A stretch of DNA of 64,000 nt, taken from Octopus vulgaris (Eukaryota). Positions within the stretch are counted from its first letter, which is position 1, and every line of letters starts with the position of its first letter. Of the stretch, positions 26,021-38,509 are shown one piece after another. The stretch is from positions 29,760,001 to 29,824,000 of the forward strand of contig OX597816.1 of the NCBI GenBank assembly GCA_951406725.2. The letters run 5' to 3'. The notes below the pieces were generated by a model. The model saw only the letters and a program-made list of their open reading frames with translations. It did not search any database and was not told where the DNA came from. The position numbers and the translations under genes are program-made.

Positions 26021-26445
26021 ATATTATAAAATAGCTACAGTAACACCTGCCCTTAGTGGTTAGCCATATTGAGATGGCTAGTATACTTTACGTTGTCGAG
26101 CGGTTACTATTTACATCTCGTTCAGAGATGTATTATTGCTTGCAGACAGTTTTTCGAACTCAGTAACAGAAGTTACTGGGAAAAACATTACATAGTTATT
26201 TGCAAACAGGTCCCCTCATCGAAAACCGGTGATTACCGTACGTTGACAAGAGGCAAATACCTCGAAACTGCAGTCCGTGCGTATCACTTAGGTTTACGAG
26301 AGAGGGATGACCTCCCTTTGCAAATACCATAAGTGCACAGAAAGTGTGCCTAAAGCCAGCTGGAGACGATGATCTCCTGGGGCTAAAAGCTACAGTAACA
26401 CCCACCCTTAGTGGTTAGCCATATTGAGATGGCTAGTATACTTTA
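26021..26445. mobile_element. Unclassified insertion with 59-bp Helitron-derived direct repeats and 14-bp TSD
   Basis: Repeats at 26033-26091 and 26388-26446; CATTAAAATATTAA at 26007-26020 and 26446-26459. Confidence 0.65.
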
Positions 26446-26606
26446 CATTAAAATATTAATTATCCACAAAATTTAGATTGAGAAGCTGTGTAGCCGTTGA
26501 AAGATTTTCACCATCATATTGCCGAGTGTACTATGTATTTGTATACATCTTATATTTGTATGTATTGTATAATACTACGTAATTGTACCTCTGTTATGTC
26601 CGTATC

Positions 26607-26789
26607 TCTTACTTTACTTGTTACTGTCATTCGACTGCGGCCATACTGGAGCACCGCCTTTAGTCGGGCAATAAGCCCAGTACTTATTCTATCGGTCTCT
26701 TTTGCCGAACCGCTAAGTTACGGAGACGCAAACACACCAACATCGGTTGTCAAGCGATGTTGGGTGGACAAACACACACGAACACACAC

Positions 26790-26849
<60 letters not shown>

Positions 26850-26981
26850 GGCGGGCTTCTTACAAGGCTTTGGTCGGCCCGAGGTAATTATTAGAAGACA
26901 CTTGCCCAAGGTGCCACGCAGTGGGACTGAACCCGGAACCATGTGGTTGGTAAGCAAGCTACTTACCACACAGCCACTCCT
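26607..26981 (-). mobile_element. CORE-like SINE with internal deletions
   Basis: Family match. Confidence 0.88.
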
Positions 26982-27019
26982 ATGTAACATTTATCCGTAT
27001 CTATATTACATTCATATAA

Positions 27020-27211
27020 CATTTCTGCTGTACCTGTATTTCAAAGGGCCGGCCTTGTCACTCTCTGTGTCACGCTGAATATCCATGAGAACTACGTTAA
27101 GGGTACACGTGTCTGTGGAGTGCTCAGCCACTTACACGTTAATTTCACGAGCAGGCTGTTCCGTTGATCGGATCAACCGGAACCCTCGTCGTCGTAACCG
27201 ACGGAGTGCTT
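27020..27211 (+). mobile_element. 5'-truncated SINE, tail A only
   Basis: Matches ~6866-7059. Confidence 0.88.
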
Positions 27212-28204
27212 CTATAACATTCATATACTATTTATGTGTATGTTATATTTAAAAATATATTTAAACACCATTCAGTATTCTTTCTTTTTCATCCATCACC
27301 TGATTTAACAAAGTCACTTGGCCTTTGGCAGATTCTATTTTGTTGCAATCATTCGTGTTCAGTCTCATGTTGATTGATTACTTCGTCTCTCCCTTCTACG
27401 CAGTAGTCTTGGGTACACCGTAAAGGATCGTGGATACTGTTTTCCTGATGATCAAAAGATCAAAATATATATATAATTGAAGGTGTGGCATAAATAATTG
27501 GATTCTTATTGGCTCTGGTGAAATAAAAATGAACAGATTGTAATGAGGTGATTTATTCCTCCTAACATACTTTTTATTCATCGCTGAACAAATTCGTTCT
27601 GCTAATTAATTCTAAAAAAAATTAATGAAACTCATTAATTTTACAGAATTCCCATCACAGTGCGATATACCTGCTTGCACTTGGTAGGGCAACATTGGGA
27701 TGGCCTAATTAAGCCTGGCTCCTGTTTACACTGAATATCAGTGAGAAATGCCTCTCTACACGTTGTAATCAATTAGACGGAAAAACAATGGGATATGCCT
27801 ACCTACACCTAGCGCCTACTCGGAAAGAACAATCGCGTGATATGCTTACCTATACATGGTACCTATTTAGGTAGGCAGAACTTTTGTATTCTGTTGACTT
27901 TTTTTTAGTAGGTTATTTGAACAAGCAAATGAAATATTGATTTATTTTGGCAGCAGTTCAAATTAATTTTTCCGAGATGTGTTAGTATCGACTAAATTGT
28001 CCGCGGGGACTTAGTAATACATATTTTTATTTGGCAGCATAGAAAAAAAAAAGTTAACTCAAAGCTAAACCCAGAAATAAACGACAGAAAAGTAAATACT
28101 TTGAAACATTTAATCTTATATTTTATGATTTCTGTTAACACCTACCATGAATAATATATCATATGATTATTAGAATATATATCTGATTACATTTGATACT
28201 TTTC

Positions 28205-28508
28205 TGAAGGCTTAGTGGTAAAGAGTATTCAGCTCGTGACCTTACGATCGTGATTTTGATTCTCGACGGCATGTTGTATCCTTGAGCAAGATATTTTATT
28301 TCACGTTGTTCCAGTCCAATCAGCTGACAAAAATGAGTAGTAGCTGTATTTCAAAGGGCCGGCCTTGTCACATTCTATGTCACGCAGAATCTCCCTGAGA
28401 ACTACATTAAGGGTACATGTATCTGTGGAGTGCTCAGCTACTTGCATGTTAATTTCACGAGCAGGCTATTCCGTTAGAACACTTGTCGTCGTAAGCAACA
28501 GAGTACCA
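28205..28508 (+). mobile_element. Old SINE with a different head and CORE-like centre joined to tail A
   Basis: GGCTTAGTGGT head, TCCTTGAGCAAG centre, then CTGTATTTCAAAGGGCCGGCCTTGTCAC (tail A). Confidence 0.7.
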
Positions 28509-29845
28509 TGGGATATTGTAAATTCTACATTGAACATATTCTAATTGTTTCAGATACATTGTGAGAAAAGCGGTAAAAACTGTAGAATAATAATAAAAAA
28601 AAAGTTAGAACATTGGGCAGAATGCTATGAATTCCGTTTCACTTCATTCTGAGATCAAATACTGCTGAGATAAGATGTGCCTTGCCTCTTTTTGGATCAT
28701 TAAATTAATTTCCTTTTAGTTTTTGAGCTCGATACTTTTCTCTCTTTCTCTCTCTTTCTCCGTAAGAAGAGAAATTGAACAACAGACATCATCACTTTTT
28801 TTCCAAAATAGAGAATATCTGAGTGAAAGACAAGCGTTTTCTTATCATAGGAGTACTGCTATTTTGCCGAAGCATTCAAATACAACCCGATGACTATCAT
28901 AGCATGGAACGAAAATAAAAAGAAAAAAAGTAGCAAATTTGTAGAAGCAAAGCACAAAATTCATTCTACGTTATTCCGTGTCCTAACATTCTTAAATGTA
29001 TTATTTTCCATTTTTTTTATTGAAGGGAAGAAAAATCATGTGGCTGGAAAAGAAGGTCTACTTCTACTGAAATATACATCTCATTTCCCATTTCTAACAC
29101 CTTTCGAAGCTGTCAGTATTAGTAAAAAATTTCTGCGTTAAATTTAAGAGATTTTACAAAATCTAAACCGAACTCTGATCATGCGGTTGTTGGTGTTGAT
29201 TCATTTTCTCAGTGGTGTTACTCGAGAATAATGCTTTTAATATTCCCCAGACAGCTAATCAATCTGTCAATTTGTAATTGCTTCAGTTTCAAGGCTTGAA
29301 AGAAATTAACGATAATGATATTCAAATAACGGGGGTAACTAGTAACTTGAAGAAAAACAATATATTTGAAAAACTCATTTTGATAAATCGAGAAATATTG
29401 AATTTTGTCAGTGAGACAAATATGTAAGATGATGAACCGATCGAACAAATTAACCCTAATCTTCAACAGGTCCTTATTAAATCGGTCATGGAATAAAATG
29501 CAAAATAAACCTCGCGTAAGCAAGTGCCACAAAACATTTTATTTCATGCACTACTTCTGCAATCCCGCCACCTCAGAAACAACAAATATGTTGATTTCAT
29601 ACAAATAGACAAAATGCAAGAAATGTGAAGTGAGAGTTTTATTGAATAAAATTAACCCATTCACATGAGGGGTATTATATTCACTCAATCTTGAACGGAT
29701 GAAAGGTAAAGTTGAACTCAGAACGTAAGCTGACGTTACTAGCATTGTACCATTCTGTTCATCACCTTAGCGATTCGGCCAATCCAGTTCTATTTCTGTC
29801 AAACGATTTAGAATACAATCTAATAGTCTTGGGGTGGTTGATTAT

Positions 29846-29911
<66 letters not shown>

Positions 29912-29998
29912 TTGACACGAATTAAAGCAAGGCGGCGTGTTTTAGCGGTTCTAGCGACCTTATTCCTGCACCGATACATTTTAAGAAAGCGTCTTGTA

Positions 29999-30041
<43 letters not shown>

Positions 30042-30119
30042 GGATGGCAGCCAAGAATTCGTGCTTGCGAAGCAAAGCAAACTTCTTACCTGATCGGCAA
30101 CATTGCGCCTATTAAATAA

Positions 30120-30222
<103 letters not shown>

Positions 30223-30677
30223 TATATCTTCTTTATCCCTGAAACTTGAATATGCAGTCAGAGATGACTACTTTCACAGCCCAATAGAACATTTGCTGAT
30301 TTTCAAGGGTTTGCTACTTAAATGAGGGACTTGTATGACCATCTTGTATTTTTATACTAGTCAAAATGTTTGGGCGAGGTATCCTTCACTCCAGATTCTG
30401 TGACACTGGTGACACAATTGATAGGGAAATCTCAACGGTTTGTGAACGAGGTATCGACTCTCTATCATATTACATAGTTGACTCTTTATGTTATAGAATG
30501 AAGAAAAAGTAAGAAGATGACGATGAGAATGACTATGATGTCGAGGTGGGGAGGGAGAGGATCATAATATATGCGTGCAAACATTTAAACATTTATCACC
30601 GGTGTGCAAACTCTCTTGTCTTACAACAGAGATTTGATTGCACTCATAACCATTCTCTCTGTCTCTATCTCTCATTA

Positions 30678-31064
30678 GGAGGCGCAATGGCTCAGTGGTT
30701 AGGGCAGCGGACTCGCGGTCGTAGGATCGCGGTTTCGATTCCCAGACCGGGCGTTGTGAGTGTTTATTGAGCGAAAACACCTAAAAGCTCCACGAGGCTC
30801 CGGCAGGGGATGGTGGTGATCCCTGCTGTACTCTTTCACCACAACTTTCTCTCACTCTTACTTCCTGTTTCTGTTGTACCTGTATTTCAAAGGGCCGGCC
30901 TTGTCACTCTCTGTGTCACGTTGAATATCCCCGAGAACTACATTAAGGGTACACGTGTCTGTGGAGTGCTCAGCCACTTACACGTTAATTTCACGAGCAG
31001 GCTGTTCCGTTGATTCGGATCAACCGGAACCCTCGTCGTCGTAACCGACGGAGTGCTTCCATCC
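30678..31064 (+). mobile_element. tRNA-derived SINE, H1 + tail A, full length
   Basis: TSD ATCTCTCATTA on both sides. Confidence 0.93.
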
Positions 31065-31400
31065 ATCTCTCATTATCTCGCCGATAAAATAAAGTTGAAT
31101 TTTAACTGATGCTGAGATGGAGCTTAATAATACAGCCACTTTTGTAAAATTCTATGCTTAATATGTTATTTGTCCTCTCGTTAAAGATGTTCTTTGTTGT
31201 CATTGAATCGTTTGATTCGTTTTTCTTAACCATCTTGTCTCAGATTCTAATTACATTAATATTTTTCTTTGGTAGTGTACAAATTAGGAATTAGCTGGAA
31301 TGTTGTTTTACAGTTGATATGAAACGTGTGGGTGTCTCTGTTTCTACCTAATCAACAAATACGTAGACTAATTAAAACAGATAATGCACTTTATAACGAA

Positions 31401-31446
<46 letters not shown>

Positions 31447-31861
31447 ACGTGTGTGCGTGAGTGTGTGGTATGTGTGTGTATTATTTATGTATGTATGTAT
31501 GCATACAGACTGCTATGCAAGTTTTTAGCGACTAATAAACTCTAAACCGAATAATGTCCAAAGGGAACTGATTTTCAATGGTACCCTAATAATGACACTG
31601 GCACAATAGGTTTAATATTTTTTGTTTCCTAGTTTCTGGGAAAATACTTACCAAAAATACATGTTTTAAAAAGCTAAGTCTTGAAACCACAATGGGATTA
31701 ATGGAAACCTCAATGTAATCACAGGTGAAATACCTCTACTTATGCATTTATGTTGCAACAGCAGAGTTAGACTGATTCAGCAACTGATGTGTAAGTCAAG
31801 TATTTATCAATACTAAGATAATTTATGTCTTAAGAACTAGTTGTTGTTTTTTTACCACCAT

Positions 31862-32240
31862 GGGTGCAAACGTAGCTGTGTGGTAAAACGTTTACTTCCC
31901 AACCACATGGTTCCGATTTCAATCCCATTGATTGGCACCTTGGCCAAGTTTCCACCACTATATCCCCGGGTCGAATAAAGCCTTCTTGATGGATTTAGTA
32001 GACAGAAACTGAAAGAAATCAGTCGTATATGTGCATACGTCTTTGAGTTTGTCTTCCCAAACCGCTTGACAACCGGTGTTGGGTTGTTTGCATTTCTGTA
32101 ACTTAGCTATTTCGGCATAAGTAGCCAATTGAATAAGTACCAGGCTTGAAAACACTTAGATAAGTACTGAGGTTGATTTGATCGACTAAAACCGTTCAAG
32201 GCCCAAGCATAACCGTAGTTTGATCAGTGAAAGAATCAAA
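31862..32240 (+). mobile_element. Diverged CORE-like SINE
   Basis: Degenerate family match. Confidence 0.78.
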
Positions 32241-32336
32241 AGAGAAACGATTAAAAATAAGGTCACTAAACAATTACTGTTTCAGTAATGAATTCGCTTT
32301 TGTGGTGTTTTGCTTGTGGTACCTATTACTCGTATA

Positions 32337-32706
32337 TCTTTATATATAAAAGAGAGGTTGTGTGCTGTCTGTCTCCTACGATTTAGATTCCTAACTACTC
32401 CCACATTTTGCGGTGCAGTTTAACTAAAACGGGGTATCTTATAGTCGTGATTCATATCGTCTACGATGAGTCTACGATTTAAAAAAAATTTACCAACAAT
32501 TTTTCCCATTTTTAATGCATTTTTGGCATATATAAGGGAAGTAACTCTCTAAAAATTTATTATTAAATCTCAGAACGTAAAAAGCTACAGTAACACCCCC
32601 TTTTGTGGTTAGCCATCTTGAGATGGCTATTATACTTTACATCTCTAAAAAGGCATATATAGTTATTTCCCTTACAAACCCGAGCAACGCCGGGCGATAC
32701 TGCTAG
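32337..32706 (+). mobile_element. Non-autonomous Helitron
   Basis: A|TCTTTATATATAAAA ... CCCGAGCAACGCCGGG CGATACTG CTAG|T: canonical TC/CTAG ends, 3' hairpin, AT target, no TSD. Confidence 0.9.
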
Positions 32707-33524
32707 TTCTTGATATCATTTTTATTTCGTAGTTATTATTTTTGTTTCTGTCATTATCATTGTTTCGGTATAAGACAGCAATGACTGGAGAAACTTATAA
32801 CTGAAGCCATTTCCTAAAACAACTACCTGTTCCTCTGCTCGAATAGTTAAATTAACTACTGATGTTGTCCACGTTTCTGGGTGGCAGAATTTCATTTACG
32901 AAAGATCTGGCTATTCTGTCGGGCAGATCAGTTAACCATTCGGTCACCTGATCGAAGGAGTTTATGCGTTATATAGGCTCCTTCATAACTCGATTTCTTG
33001 ATGTAATTTATGAACTACACAATATCTAAACTAGAGAATATTAGAGAGGAATATATATTATCATATATTAAACTAAGCCGTCAAATTTTCAGATGACAAA
33101 TGGATATGTTTCATAGAATATGATCAAGTACTAGACACTTCGCATATAAAAAATTAATGATGTTTTCATATTTAATTAATTTCTACTGTTTGAGTGAATG
33201 ATGCTTGTTTACATTAAAGAACACCTGCAATTATGGAATTTCATTCTGATATTCGTGTATAATAAACCATATTTAGACAGATAGTATTAATGTATATTTA
33301 AGGTCACGTTTAATATACACCTTTCTCGTCTGTCAGCATACACAGAGATTCACATATTTAGGTATAGTTAGCTAAGTTAGATTCGGGAAAAATAAAAACT
33401 TTTAGAATGCTGTTTAAAGCTCGTCCATATTTATTGGCTACCTGATGTGATCATACAGTTGAAATGCACATGCTACAGGATTTAGTTCAGGAATTCCGCA
33501 GTGCCTGTAGAGTTTATATAAATA

Positions 33525-33937
33525 GGCGGCGAGCTGGCAGAAACGTTAGCACGTCGGGCGAAATGCTTAGCGGTATTTCGTCTGCGTTACGTTGTGAGTT
33601 CAAATTCCGCCGAGGTCGACTTTGCCTTTCATCCTTTCGGGGTCGATAAATTAAGTACCAGTTACGTACTGGGGTCGATATAATCGACTTAATACCTATG
33701 TCTGTCCTTGTTTGTCCCTTCTGTGTTTAGCCCCTTGTGGGTAATAAAGAAATAGGTATTTCGTCTGCCGTTACGTTGTGAGTTCAAATTCCGCCGAGGT
33801 CGACTTTGGCTTTCATCCTTTCGGGGTCGATAAATTAAGTACCAGTTACGCACTGGGGTCGATGTAATCGACTTAATACCTATGTCTGTCCTTGTTTGTC
33901 CCCTCTATGTGCCCCTTGTGGATAATAAAGAAATAGT
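33525..33937 (+). mobile_element. Meta-like SINE followed by a partial second copy
   Basis: Full copy to ~33755; second copy starts at internal GGTATTTCGTCTG. Confidence 0.9.
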
Positions 33938-34766
33938 CATTTCCAACAGCGGAGCATCAGCATGGCCGCAGCTCTGAGCTGAAACGTTTAAAAACAAAGA
34001 CAAATAAATCAGAGGTAGGAAATCCACTATAATTGCTTTTTTTTTTCATTCTCAGGTAAGATGCCGTGCAATCAATTGTTTAATATCACATGTCTAGAGT
34101 GCGCCTCGTCAGGTGATGTTTTGAATAAGTTCTTCAATTTTACCGCTCGCCATTTCACTTTGTCTAGTAATAATGTATAACTGGATATGCTTTGTATTCT
34201 AGTAGTTCTCAGCCGAAACTAGGGAACAGAATACACTTATAGTCAAGAAAAGAAAATATAATACTTTAATGCAAGATGCATAGATAAATAAATATACGTA
34301 TATAGATAAAACATACGTGAAATTAAATAATGATGAAAACGCAGATAAAACATACACGGAAAAATACAAGATGTCAAAATAAGATATGAATCAATAAAAA
34401 ACCAAAAACAAAGAATGTCTTAAATGGCTTCTTTGGCTATAAATTCCCATTAGCGGTATTATAATGAATATAAAATTAAGAAGTAAATAGAAAAAAAGGT
34501 TACAAGAATGTAAAGAGATAACGTGTGATAAAGTGCGACTGGTTATTTTGCACACGTCAACCGCAAACTATTGGCCATCTCTAAAAAGCTTTCCATTCAC
34601 GGTCTAATTCCCGTTTCTTTCGAGTCTACAGGACGTCTCGCTGTCTACGACTGTTGTCTGTCTCGCGTCTTTGGAATGCTCGCACATTTACGCGTTTATT
34701 CAATGACTCAGGTCTTGCGGCAAGATTCATTGTTGGAATTTCGAGCGAATTTAATTTATATACATA

Positions 34767-35263
34767 CTAGCAGTATCGCCCGGCGTTGCTCGGGTTTGTA
34801 AGGGAAATAACTATATAAGCATTTTTAGAGAGTTATAGCAAAAAAATAGCAAAAAGATGCATTAAAAATGGAAAAAAAATTATGGTAATTTTTTTATAAA
34901 TCGTTGACTCATCGTAGACATTTTTAGAAAGTTACTTCCCTTATATAATAGCGAAAAAAATGCATTAAAATGGAAATAATGATGGTAATTTTTTTTTAAA
35001 TCGTTGACTCATCGTAGACATTTTAGAGAGTTACTTCCCTTATATAATAGCGAAAAAAATGCATTAAAATGGAAAAAAATGATGGTAATTTTTTTTTTAA
35101 ATCGTAGACACATCGTAGACGCGCGCTAATACCCAGAGGGGCTCGATATGAATCACGACTATAAGATACCCGGTTTTGGTTAAACTGCACCGCAAAATGT
35201 GGGAGTAGTTAGGAATCTACATCGTAGGAGACAGACACACAACTTCACTTTTATATATAAAGA
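34767..35263 (-). mobile_element. Non-autonomous Helitron with internal ~100-bp tandem triplication
   Basis: Same termini as 32337-32706; unit CATTTTTAGAGAGTTA...CATCGTAGA repeated three times. Confidence 0.9.
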
Positions 35264-35267
35264 TGTA

Positions 35268-35750
35268 CATGCGTGGTTGTGCGGTTAGATGTTTGCTTCC
35301 TAACTACATGGCTCTAGAATCGGTCCCACAGCCCGGCGCATTTTACTGTAGCTTCGAGCCGACCAGAGACTTGTGAGTGAATGTTTTAACCGGAAACTTA
35401 AAGGAGCCCATCTTGTGTATATTTATACATGTATGTTTGTTTGTGCGTGTCTGTGTGTGTGAGTGTGTTTCTTTTTTTTCTGTGTTTGTCTCCCACCACC
35501 GTTTGAAAACCGGTGTTGACGTACTCTCTCTTTTACTCTTTTACTTGTTTCAGTCATTTGACCGTGGTCATGCTGGGGCACCGCCTTTAGTTCAGCAAAT
35601 CGACCCCAGGACTTATTCTTTGTAAGCCTAGTACTTATTCTATCGGTCTCTTTTGCCGAACCGGTAAGTTACGGGGATGTAAACACACCACCATCTGTTG
35701 TCAAGCGATGTTGGGAGGACAAACAGACACACAAGCACACACATACATAT
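35268..35750. mobile_element. Diverged CORE-like SINE (+) abutting a younger CORE-like SINE 3' half (-, 35522-35750)
   Basis: Family matches in opposite orientations. Confidence 0.75.
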
Positions 35751-35794
35751 ATATATAAAAAATCTTGCACAACAAATATATAAACGTATATATA

Positions 35795-36058
35795 TAATAA
35801 TAATAAATATTAGGGAATAAATCCAAATTTACAGGGAAAAATCAGATTTAGGATTGAATCCAATTTTATAGTAAAATATAATATAATATTAATTAGAGAC
35901 AAAACCACTATTATGCAAATCAAACAAAGAAAGACTTAATCCAATACATAAAAATTTTTATATAAATTAAATATAATTAAGATATCCACTACGATTGTTT
36001 CTTGTCACTTCTATGGACATTCTTTGTTTGATTTGCATAATAGTGGTTTTGTCTCTAA

Positions 36059-36072
<14 letters not shown>
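35795..36072 (-). mobile_element. Penelope-like terminal fragment with 51-bp perfect inverted repeat and truncated hammerhead
   Basis: 35881-35931 is the exact reverse complement of 36020-36070; minus strand TGTC..GACA A GAAAC AATC GTA at 35985-36021. Confidence 0.6.
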
Positions 36073-36112
<40 letters not shown>

Positions 36113-36299
36113 ATATATACGACGAGATTTTTTCAGTTTCTGTCTACTAAAGCCACTCCCAAAACTCATAGGTAACATGTCATGGAATCAATTGTCTAGT
36201 ATCATAGGTGCAAAATGCGCTTCGTCATGTGACATTTTAAACAAGCTCTTTGCTTTTTACGCTTGCTATTTAAGTTTAGAACGGAGTACACTTGACAAC

Positions 36300-36720
36300 T
36301 CTCGGAGAATACAAGCTTTTTTTATTCGTAGTATGCGATGGAAAGTATTCTTTATCAAGAAGGATGGTACACACTTTAGAATCTGAAGAAGCACTCATGC
36401 TGGAGTTTACGTCCTCGAAAAACTCATCAATTAATCAACATCTAGCACCTGTCGAGGAGAAAACTTATAATATCTTTAAAAATTTTTAATTAAAAATAAA
36501 ATCATTAAAAAATTAAAATTAAAAATAAAATCATAAAAATTTTTTTGAATATCCTGAAAGAAATAAGAAACGGCGACAAAAATTAAGAAAAACAATAAAG
36601 AATTTCAAAAGAACGCCAAGAATATTAATACCAGCAGATAAGACCGGAAATCTATATATCATTGAAACAACGTTATATAAAAGATTAAATGAGTATGAAC
36701 AAGTGTAACATTCCCCTAGA
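36300..36720 (+). mobile_element. Penelope-like RT N-terminal remnant
   Basis: FIRSMRWKVFF and RILIPADKTGNLYIIE motifs (RMRWK, PADKT). Confidence 0.7.
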
Positions 36721-37127
36721 GATAATAGTAACACGACGAAGAATAGGAAATAGGAGCGAGTCATATGGCCACCGAAAATCTAGGATGAACTTGAGAGACA
36801 AGATTAATTTTGATCGAGACCCCAAAGTTAAATAGGTTCGAGTGACACGTAATATGATTATGAGTAGAGAAGTAATTTTACTAAAATGTATTATTATTAT
36901 TATCATCATTATAATTATGTTAGTTTTACTCTGTTCTTTTATTCTTTTACTTGTTTCAGTCATTTGACTGAGGCCATACTGGAGCACCGCCTTAAAGGGT
37001 TTTATTCTTTGTAAGCCTAGTACTTATTCTGTCGGGATATTTTGCCGAAACACTAAGTTACTGTGTCGTAAACACACTGGCACCGGTTGCCAAGTGGTGA
37101 AGGCAGGGGACAAAGACACACATACGC

Positions 37128-37171
<44 letters not shown>

Positions 37172-37199
37172 GCAGGTATATATATATATATATATATAT

Positions 37200-37475
37200 A
37201 TCACAGTGATCGACCGGGCTATCAGATGCTGCTACACATAGCCTTCAAATGACGCCACCTCGCTGGCTAAGCGACCTGGCCAACAGAAGAAAGAGTGAGA
37301 GAAAGTTGTGGTGAAAGAGTACAGCAGGGATCATCAACATCTCCTGCCGCAGCCTCGTGGAGTTTTAGGTGTTTTCCCTCAATAAACACTCGCAACGCCC
37401 GATCTGGGTATCGAAACCGCGATCCTATAACCGAACCGCGAGTCCGTTGCCCTAACCACTGGGCCATTGCGCCTG
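37200..37475 (-). mobile_element. tRNA-derived SINE, H1 + tail B
   Basis: Family match with an internal deletion. Confidence 0.88.
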
Positions 37476-37494
37476 CACATACACACACACAGAC

Positions 37495-37525
<31 letters not shown>

Positions 37526-37527
37526 TA

Positions 37528-37904
37528 CACTTGCATCAGAAATTAATTAGCACTTCTCAAATTTCTACATTAAATAGGTTAAATCAATTAACCTATGAGC
37601 TGTTCAAAACGTCTTACGCGATGAGAAAACTTAGTATGGGGTGATTTCGGTCCTTGCGAGGCGCTACCTATATCTATTAAACAAAGGAAGATTTGTCTGC
37701 ATCCGCACTCCAAGATGTTGTTGCACTGCTATGTCAACATCATAAGGCTGTAGACTCTCAAACTGCTCTGCAAACAAAGTTACGTCATCGTTCTGCGCAA
37801 CAGTGAACTCGCAACAAAGCAATAGTTCGAGATATGGCCACTAGGTGACAACACATACCTTGAGTGAAGAGCAAATCAAGGGTGCTAATTAATTTCTGAC
37901 GGTA

Positions 37905-37907
<3 letters not shown>
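37528..37907. mobile_element. MITE with ~26-bp TIRs in a TA context (Tc1/mariner-like)
   Basis: CACTTGCATCAGAAATTAATTAGCAC ... GTGCTAATTAATTTCTGACGGTAGTG, flanked by TA. Confidence 0.8.
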
Positions 37908-37938
<31 letters not shown>

Positions 37939-38127
37939 GACGGGCTTCTTTCAGTTTCTTTGTACCAAATCCATTCACAAGCCTTTGGTCGGCGGGGAGC
38001 TATAGTAGAAGACACTTCCCCCAAGGTGCTACGCAGTGGGATTGAACCCAGAACCATGTGGTTGTGACTTTCTTTTTTCTTTGAAGGGAACAATTTGTAG
38101 AGAAATAAATTTCAACTTTATTTGTAC

Positions 38128-38174
<47 letters not shown>

Positions 38175-38176
38175 TG

Positions 38177-38455
38177 GAGGCGCAATGGCCCAGTGGTTAG
38201 GGCAGCGGACTCGCGGTTTCGATTCCCAGACCAGGCGTTGTGAGTGTGTATTGAGCGAAAACATCTAAAGCTCCACGAGGCTCCGGTAGGGGGGGCTGGC
38301 GATCCCTGCTGTACTCTTTCGCCATAGCTTTCTCTCATTCTTTCTTCTGTTGGCCTGCTCGCTTAGCCAGCGGGGTGGCGTCATTTGAAGGTTAAAACAA
38401 TGCGAAGCGCATTGTATAGCAACATCTGATAGCCTGGTCGGTCATAGTGATCACG

Positions 38456-38460
<5 letters not shown>
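38177..38460 (+). mobile_element. tRNA-derived SINE, H1 + tail B
   Basis: Family match. Confidence 0.88.

Positions 38461-38509
<49 letters not shown>

Larger units (their letters stand above)
36935..38065 (-). mobile_element. CORE-like SINE split by two nested insertions
   Basis: 3' half at 36935-37120 and 5' half at 37935-38065, separated at the internal microsatellite. Confidence 0.75.

Noticed and set aside
34810-35120. CRISPR-like periodic repeats
   Set aside because: The units are contiguous ~100-bp tandem repeats with no unique spacers, inside a Helitron in eukaryotic DNA.
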